Shown one piece after another: positions 56,275 to 64,000 of a stretch of DNA of 64,000 nucleotides. The stretch covers positions 96,001 to 160,000 of the forward strand of contig CAVOXA010000001.1 of assembly GCA_963700285.1 (NCBI GenBank), given 5' to 3'. Origin of the DNA: an uncultured Chloroflexia bacterium (GTDB lineage: Bacteria > Chloroflexota > Anaerolineae > JAAYZQ01). The notes beneath the pieces are model-generated. The model ran no database searches, was not told where the DNA came from, and was given only the letters and a program-made list of their open reading frames with translations. Made by a program: the position numbers and the translations under genes. The first letter of the stretch is position 1, and every line of letters starts with the position of its first letter.

Positions 56275-56471
56275 GGGCAGCTGCCCACTATGCCAAAATT
56301 TATGCGGCTCGGTGCGCCGATGTTGTCAAGTACGACCAGCCCCCGGTCAATGCCTACGCTGAGCCCAATTTCGACGCTCGGCTCCTCTTTTCAGCTACGA
56401 TGCAAGTTGACAAAAGCCTGCTGCATCTCGCCGGCAGCACGCGGAGCGTGCTGGGTGGCGTCCACCTGGGG
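56275..56471 (-). pseudogene. Degenerate class III nucleotidyl cyclase fragment
   Basis: Reads QHAPRAAGEMQQAF..LHRS*KEE..VEIGLSVGIDRGLVVLDNIGAPSRINFGIVG, with an internal stop and no start. Confidence 0.6.
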
Positions 56472-56630
56472 AGAGGCAGGCAGGTACGGGTCTATGCTTG
56501 CACTCTGGAAGAAAAGGTGCTACACTATTGATATCCGTTGAAATCAGGTATGCTGCATAGAACTGCTGCAACCTGCGACGGAGAACCGCCTGGGCGCAAC
56601 ACGCGCCTGGCCCACCATTGCACATCCATC

Positions 56631-56659
56631 TTGACAGATAAGAACATTTGTGCTATAAT
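56631..56659 (+). promoter_or_regulatory. Consensus sigma70 promoter with a LexA-like box in the spacer
   Basis: TTGACA, 17-bp spacer, TG-C-TATAAT; GAACATTTGTGC at 56642-56653. Confidence 0.75.
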
Positions 56660-56705
56660 GGGGTGAGAGTACTCACCCTCGCAAGACTGCGCGCAGGAGA
56701 CAACG

Positions 56706-58730
56706 ATGGCCAAAGCGTACGATACGACGGACATCCAGGTCCTCGATTACCCAGAGAACATCCAGCGCCGGCCGGGGATGTACGTCGGCGGCACAGGGCT
56801 GGATGCGCTGCACCACTTGGCCTACGAGCTGATCGACAATGCTGTTGACGAGGCCCTGGCTGGGTCCTGCACCGAGATTGATGTACAGATCCATGCCGAT
56901 GGGTCCATGACCGTGGCCGATGATGGCCGGGGCATCCCGACCGGGATGCACGCCGAAAAAGGTAGACCCACCCTGGAACTGGTCTTTACCGAGCTGCATG
57001 CAGGTGGCAAGTTCAAAGAGGGCAGCTATTCCACCAGTGGCGGCCTGCACGGCGTGGGCATCAAGGCAACCAACGCCCTATCGGAGTGGTTGGAAGTGCG
57101 GGTGCGCCGCAATGGTGTGATCTACTTCCAACGGCACGAGGGTGGCTTACCCGTTGTCCCCGTCCAGATCTTGGACCCGACAAGCGGCGAGGCGATTGTT
57201 GAGGTGGGGCAGAGGGATGAGGTCAAGGCCACAAAAGCCCACGCTGACAAGAGCTTGGGCACCGGCACCGAGATCAGCTTCAAGCCCAGCTCTCGCTTCA
57301 TGGACACTACTGATTTCGATTTTGACGCCATGGCCCGGCGGCTGCAGGTCATCGCCTTCCTACTGCCGGGCGTAACGGTCAAGTTTGTCGACAATCGCAA
57401 AAAAAGAGCACGTGAGAAAATCTTCCGCTACGACGGCGGTCTGGTGGAATATATCCACTGGCTCAATGAGGGTCGCAAGCCGATCCACCGCATTCCCATC
57501 GAAATCACTGGCGCGCAGAACAGGGTCACCGTCGACGTGGTCTTTCAATGGCACACCGGGGTAGACGACAGCGAGATCGTCAGCTTTGTCAATACCATTC
57601 CTACTCCCGATGGTGGTAAGCACGTGGCCGGCTTCAAGAGCGCCATCACCAAGGCCATCAACCAGTTTGCATCGGAAAAGAAGCTGGTCAAGGGCGAAGC
57701 CAATATCCGCGGCAGTGATACCCTGGCCGGTCTGACTGCCGTACTCAAGCTCTCCATGCACGACCCGCACTTTACCAGCCAGACCAAGACCCAGTTGGCC
57801 AGCGACCAGGTGCAGGGCATTGTCCACAGCATCGTCTACGAAGGTCTCCTGGAAAAACTCCGCAAACAGGTATCGCTGGGCCGGACCATCGTCCAGCAGG
57901 CGCAGGCTGCGGCCCAGGCGCGGGTGGCGGCCAGCAAGGCGCGCTCCCTGGTCATCCGGCGCAGCGTGCTCGACGCCGCCGATTCTGGATTGCCGGGCAA
58001 GCTGGCTGACGTGACCAAAGGTTCGCCGACGGAACAGACGGTGATCTATATCGTCGAGGGAGACAGTGCCGGCGGTTCGTGCAAGATGGCACGCGACCGG
58101 CGCTACCATGCCATCCTGCCCTTGCGGGGAAAGCCCCTGAACGTGGAAGGGGTCAAGCTGACCCGGCTGCTGAACAACAACGAGATCAAGGCCATCGTCG
58201 CCGCCGTCGGCGGCGGCATCGGCGCCGACTTTCAAGTGGACGACTTGCGCTACGGCGGTGTGGCCATCTTGGTGGACGCCGATGTGGATGGCGACCACAT
58301 CCGTACTTTGCTCTATACGCTGTTCTGGCGCTACATGCGACCCATGATCGAGGCTGGCCGGCTCTATGTGGCCGTGGCGCCCCTTTACCTCCTGCGTAAG
58401 GGAAAACAGGAGCGCTATGCCTACTCTGACCGGGAGCGGGACGGCATTCTCGAGGCATGGGGCAAGGACTCTGGACGTGGAGCCGTCACCATCCAGCGCT
58501 ACAAGGGTCTGGGCGAGATGAACCCGGGGCAATTGCGAGAGACGGTCTTTCGGGTGGAGGATAATGGCCCATTTAACGACAGCCTGCGCAGGGTGACGGT
58601 GGAGGATGTGCACCACGCCAACCAGCTTTTCGCCACCCTAATGGGCGGCTCTGCCAGCCTGCGCCGCACGTGGCTGTTGGAACGATGGCGCGAGGAAGAT
58701 CACGTCGAAAACGGAGACGAGCATGACTAG
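56706..58730 (+). CDS. Type IIA topoisomerase subunit B (GyrB/ParE family)
   Basis: RRPGMYVG, ELIDNAVDE, DDGRGIP, SGGLHGVG, EGDSA, PLRGK, DADVDG, RYKGLGEM. Confidence 0.95.
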   Translation: MAKAYDTTDIQVLDYPENIQRRPGMYVGGTGLDALHHLAYELIDNAVDEALAGSCTEIDVQIHADGSMTVADDGRGIPTGMHAEKGRPTLELVFTELHAGGKFKEGSYSTSGGLHGVGIKATNALSEWLEVRVRRNGVIYFQRHEGGLPVVPVQILDPTSGEAIVEVGQRDEVKATKAHADKSLGTGTEISFKPSSRFMDTTDFDFDAMARRLQVIAFLLPGVTVKFVDNRKKRAREKIFRYDGGLVEYIHWLNEGRKPIHRIPIEITGAQNRVTVDVVFQWHTGVDDSEIVSFVNTIPTPDGGKHVAGFKSAITKAINQFASEKKLVKGEANIRGSDTLAGLTAVLKLSMHDPHFTSQTKTQLASDQVQGIVHSIVYEGLLEKLRKQVSLGRTIVQQAQAAAQARVAASKARSLVIRRSVLDAADSGLPGKLADVTKGSPTEQTVIYIVEGDSAGGSCKMARDRRYHAILPLRGKPLNVEGVKLTRLLNNNEIKAIVAAVGGGIGADFQVDDLRYGGVAILVDADVDGDHIRTLLYTLFWRYMRPMIEAGRLYVAVAPLYLLRKGKQERYAYSDRERDGILEAWGKDSGRGAVTIQRYKGLGEMNPGQLRETVFRVEDNGPFNDSLRRVTVEDVHHANQLFATLMGGSASLRRTWLLERWREEDHVENGDEHD

Positions 58731-58797
58731 TCCTTGCCCGTCAGAGCCCTCCTGGCCCTGACGGGAGCTGGGTTCAGCATCAATGAGGTGATAGAGA

Positions 58798-61242
<2,445 letters not shown>

Positions 61243-61431
61243 GCAGGCAACGCAGCGACTCAAGCACCAGTGTCCCGGACGCCAGACGATAACGAGGGCA
61301 TTTGGTCAAATTGGCAGGCTTGTGCTATACTGCCAAGCACTGTTGGAATACCTTTCAACAGGGACTGGCTGTTTTCCAGGACTCTCCTATCACACCATGC
61401 TACGAGGAACAGTTTAGCCTGAGAGGGGCTC

Positions 61432-62523
61432 ATGCAGATTTTGGCCGTAGACGTCGGTACCGGCACGCAAGATATCCTGTTGTTCGACACCGACAAGGAA
61501 CCCGAAAACGCACTCAAGCTGGTCATGCCATCCCCGACCATGATGCTGGCGCAGGCCATTGGCGCTGCAACGGCGGCAGGCGAGGACCTGTTACTTACCG
61601 GTGTGACGATGGGTGGCGGTCCATGTGGCTGGGCCGCCGAAGAGCATCTGAAAGCTGGCTACCGCGTTTTTGCAACGCCGGATGCGGCCCGCACCTTCAA
61701 CGATGACCTGGATGAGGTTGCATTCAGGGGCGTGGAGGTGGTTAGTGAAGACGAGGCCGGACGGCTGAGCGGCGTTCACGTCTTACAGATGATCGATTTT
61801 GACTACGTGGCGATAGCTCGTGCTTTTGGCGTCTTTGGCGTGGATCTCGATCAGGTCGAGCTGTTGGCTGTGGCCGTCTTTGACCACGGGGCCGCGCCGC
61901 AGGGCGTCAGCGACCGCCTCTTCCGCTTCGAGTACCTGGCAGAGCGCATCCAAACGGGGTTGGGCTTGGCGGCCTTTGCCTTCCTCCGGGAAGAGATACC
62001 GCCCAGCATGACGCGACTGCAAGCTGCCGCGGCCACAGCCCCTGAGGATCGTCCACTGGTCGCCATGGACACGGCACCAGCTGCTGTCCTGGGGGCATTG
62101 GAAGATGAGCGGGTACGTGCTCAGGACCAGGCTATCATTGCCAACGTAGGGAACTTTCATACCCTGGCCTTCCACCTGCGTCAGGGCGCTATTGCCAGCC
62201 TGTTTGAGCACCATACTGGACGGCTCCGACAGGCTCGGTTGGAAGAGTTGCTGGGCCAACTGGCAGACGGTACGTTGTCACACGACGAACTCTTTGCCGA
62301 GCATGGACACGGCGCCCTAGTACTGGATCCGGTGCCAGGCACCCTGGATTTCGTGGCTGTAACCGGGCCCCGCCGGAGGATGCTGGCTGGCTCAGCGCTG
62401 AGGCCCTACCTGGCGGTGCCCTACGGAGACATGATGATGGCCGGCTGCTGGGGGTTAGTGCGGGCTTGTACCCAGGTCGTGCCGTGGACTGCGGAGGCGA
62501 TTGAGGAGTCACTGGGTACATAA
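61432..62523 (+). CDS. DUF1786 family actin-like ATPase-fold protein
   Basis: ILAVDVGTGTQDILL, TMGGGP, AVFDHG, NVGNFHT, FEHHT, GDMMMAGCWG. Confidence 0.82.
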   Translation: MQILAVDVGTGTQDILLFDTDKEPENALKLVMPSPTMMLAQAIGAATAAGEDLLLTGVTMGGGPCGWAAEEHLKAGYRVFATPDAARTFNDDLDEVAFRGVEVVSEDEAGRLSGVHVLQMIDFDYVAIARAFGVFGVDLDQVELLAVAVFDHGAAPQGVSDRLFRFEYLAERIQTGLGLAAFAFLREEIPPSMTRLQAAAATAPEDRPLVAMDTAPAAVLGALEDERVRAQDQAIIANVGNFHTLAFHLRQGAIASLFEHHTGRLRQARLEELLGQLADGTLSHDELFAEHGHGALVLDPVPGTLDFVAVTGPRRRMLAGSALRPYLAVPYGDMMMAGCWGLVRACTQVVPWTAEAIEESLGT

Positions 62524-62579
62524 AACTAGGATCCCACAGCAGGCGACACGGCGTCGAGACCTGGTGGCTTGGGATGACT

Positions 62580-62707
62580 TGCGAGCATTGTGACCACCAA
62601 TGCAAAATCGGTGGTCAGATGGCCTTTGAGAACGTGGGCTCCAAAGGCGCCCTGAGCCACGGCCACGCCCCCGAGATACTGCCTAGTGCAAAGAAGCGTC
62701 GATCCAT
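62580..62707 (-). pseudogene. DUF423 (YgdD/TMEM256) N-terminal fragment
   Basis: GGGAG RBS, MDRRFFALGSISG, then after a frameshift in GGGGG: VAVAQGAFGAHVLKGHL, then decays. Confidence 0.65.
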
Positions 62708-62861
62708 GTCAATCTCCCGAGGCATTATCGCGTTAGCCCTCGCGGATGGGGCCTGAGAAATCAGTTGAGTTGCAACTGATGCGGCAAATAGATTGCTGTG
62801 TGCAGTGTTTGGGCTTTGCTCTCCCTAACCTGGGCCTTCGCCCCTCGACCTGCTGGATGCC

Positions 62862-63686
62862 TCAGGTTTGGCGCTGCCGGACTGCTTCGTAGATCAGAGC
62901 TGCCGCGGCCGCCGATGCATTGAGCGAGGTGGCCTGACCTGCCATCGGCAGGCGAACGGTGACATCGGCTTCTTCTCGGATGGCCACTGGCAGGCCCTGA
63001 CGCTCGCTTCCGATGAGAAGCACCAGTGGCTTGGCAAAATCCATGTCGAAATAGACCTGCCGCGCACGGGCTGACGAAGCAACGACCTGCAGGGGCAAAC
63101 TACTGGCACGTAGCTCAGCAAACCATGCCGACAATGCCTCCCCATCCGCTAGACGCACGATCGGAAGACCAAAGATGGAGCCCATGGTTGCTCGAACAGT
63201 CTGCGGAGCATAGAGGTCGACCGATGGTTCCACAATGATGACGCCTGTCGCACCGGCTGCATCGGCTGTACGAATGATCGAACCAAGGTTGCCAGGATCC
63301 CGAAGCTGGTAGGCCACCACGACCAGCAAGGGGCCATCCCTGAGGCGGGGATTTGCACAGATGTCAGTGAGGGGGCGATCCTCGATGCGCACCACAGCGG
63401 CAATACCTTGGGGTTGATCCCGGTCCGACAAGCTGCGAAAGACGTCGTCGGAAAGGACGATGCGGCGGTCCGGGTCTACCTTCTCCACTAGTGACTTTGC
63501 ACGCTCGCTCACCAGGAGGTCCGGTGCATAGACCAAAGTCTCCAGCGGGGCGCCGCCGGCCATCGCCTCTCCGACGATGCGAATTCCTTCGATAAGGAAG
63601 CGACCTTCCCGCTGGCGGTACTTGCGCGACCGCAAAGAACGAAGGTACTTGACCTGGCTGTTTCGATGGCTGGTGATGGGCTGCAC
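62862..63686 (-). CDS. TrmH/SpoU family RNA methyltransferase
   Basis: FLIEG, DPGNLGSIIRTADAAG, VRATMGS, IGSERQGL, SLNAS. Confidence 0.93.
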   Translation of the reverse strand: MQPITSHRNSQVKYLRSLRSRKYRQREGRFLIEGIRIVGEAMAGGAPLETLVYAPDLLVSERAKSLVEKVDPDRRIVLSDDVFRSLSDRDQPQGIAAVVRIEDRPLTDICANPRLRDGPLLVVVAYQLRDPGNLGSIIRTADAAGATGVIIVEPSVDLYAPQTVRATMGSIFGLPIVRLADGEALSAWFAELRASSLPLQVVASSARARQVYFDMDFAKPLVLLIGSERQGLPVAIREEADVTVRLPMAGQATSLNASAAAAALIYEAVRQRQT

Positions 63687-63688
63687 GA

Positions 63689-64000
63689 CTATTCTCTTGC
63701 TTTGATGCCGTTAAATTTCTTGTCCCAGCACTCACAGGCAGTACGAACCTGGTCTCCCTGGGTGAGGGTGCCATCGTAAGAGTTGTCGCTGGAGTGGGCC
63801 ACCCAGCCGGAGAGAACAAAGGGCAGCGGTCCGTCAGCAGCGATCCATTCCCCGTTATACTTGCGCGCAATATGGAGGTGGGTCGCTTCCGAGATTCCGC
63901 CCTCGCAGGAGGGGTGGCCGATGGGATCGCCTTGCTTCACACGGGTTCCCACGTCTACGCGACCTTCGGATGCCATGTGGAGATAGAACAATACCCAGCC
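63689..64000 (-). CDS. M23 family peptidase, C-terminal part (start lies outside the window)
   Basis: FYLHM, GD.IGHPSCEGG...ATHLHIARKYNGEWI. Confidence 0.8.
   Translation of the reverse strand, partial: GWVLFYLHMASEGRVDVGTRVKQGDPIGHPSCEGGISEATHLHIARKYNGEWIAADGPLPFVLSGWVAHSSDNSYDGTLTQGDQVRTACECWDKKFNGIKARE

Overview
High-GC bacterial chromosomal segment whose gene content and style suggest Chloroflexota/Anaerolineae (inference). It contains no rRNA, tRNA, CRISPR array, integrase or intact transposase. From left to right: a truncated secreted S8 protease, an MFS transporter, a secreted repeat peptide ending C-E-V-C-UGA-C-UGA, and a zinc-ribbon NUDIX hydrolase with an in-frame TGA at a Cys position (selenoprotein candidate). 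Next come a Ras/Rab-like GTPase and histidine kinase operon, a D-cysteine desulfhydrase, a GH42-like protein and cydDC. The main feature is a ~16 kb Mo/W-cofactor island (19.7-35.5 kb) headed by a Moco riboswitch with tandem terminators. It encodes two ECF transporters, many Cys-less sulfite-oxidase-like 'oxidored_molyb' domains on exported proteins, a di-CxxCH protein, an alkaline-phosphatase-superfamily lipoprotein, tupBCA, a Mo-storage protein, DUF134 and a TiaS-N-like protein; this may be an undescribed molybdopterin/Moco (or W-cofactor) salvage system. Further right are a TPR-cyclophilin, a PspA/solute-binding/vWA operon with an ATPase-wHTH regulator, a GlmL-like pair, mgtE and corA, a beta-CASP hydrolase, ABC1/YihY/DUF456, a type IIA topoisomerase pair with a LexA-like box and atypical QRDR, DUF1786, TrmH and an M23 fragment. 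All family assignments come from motif recognition by eye; no database search was run.
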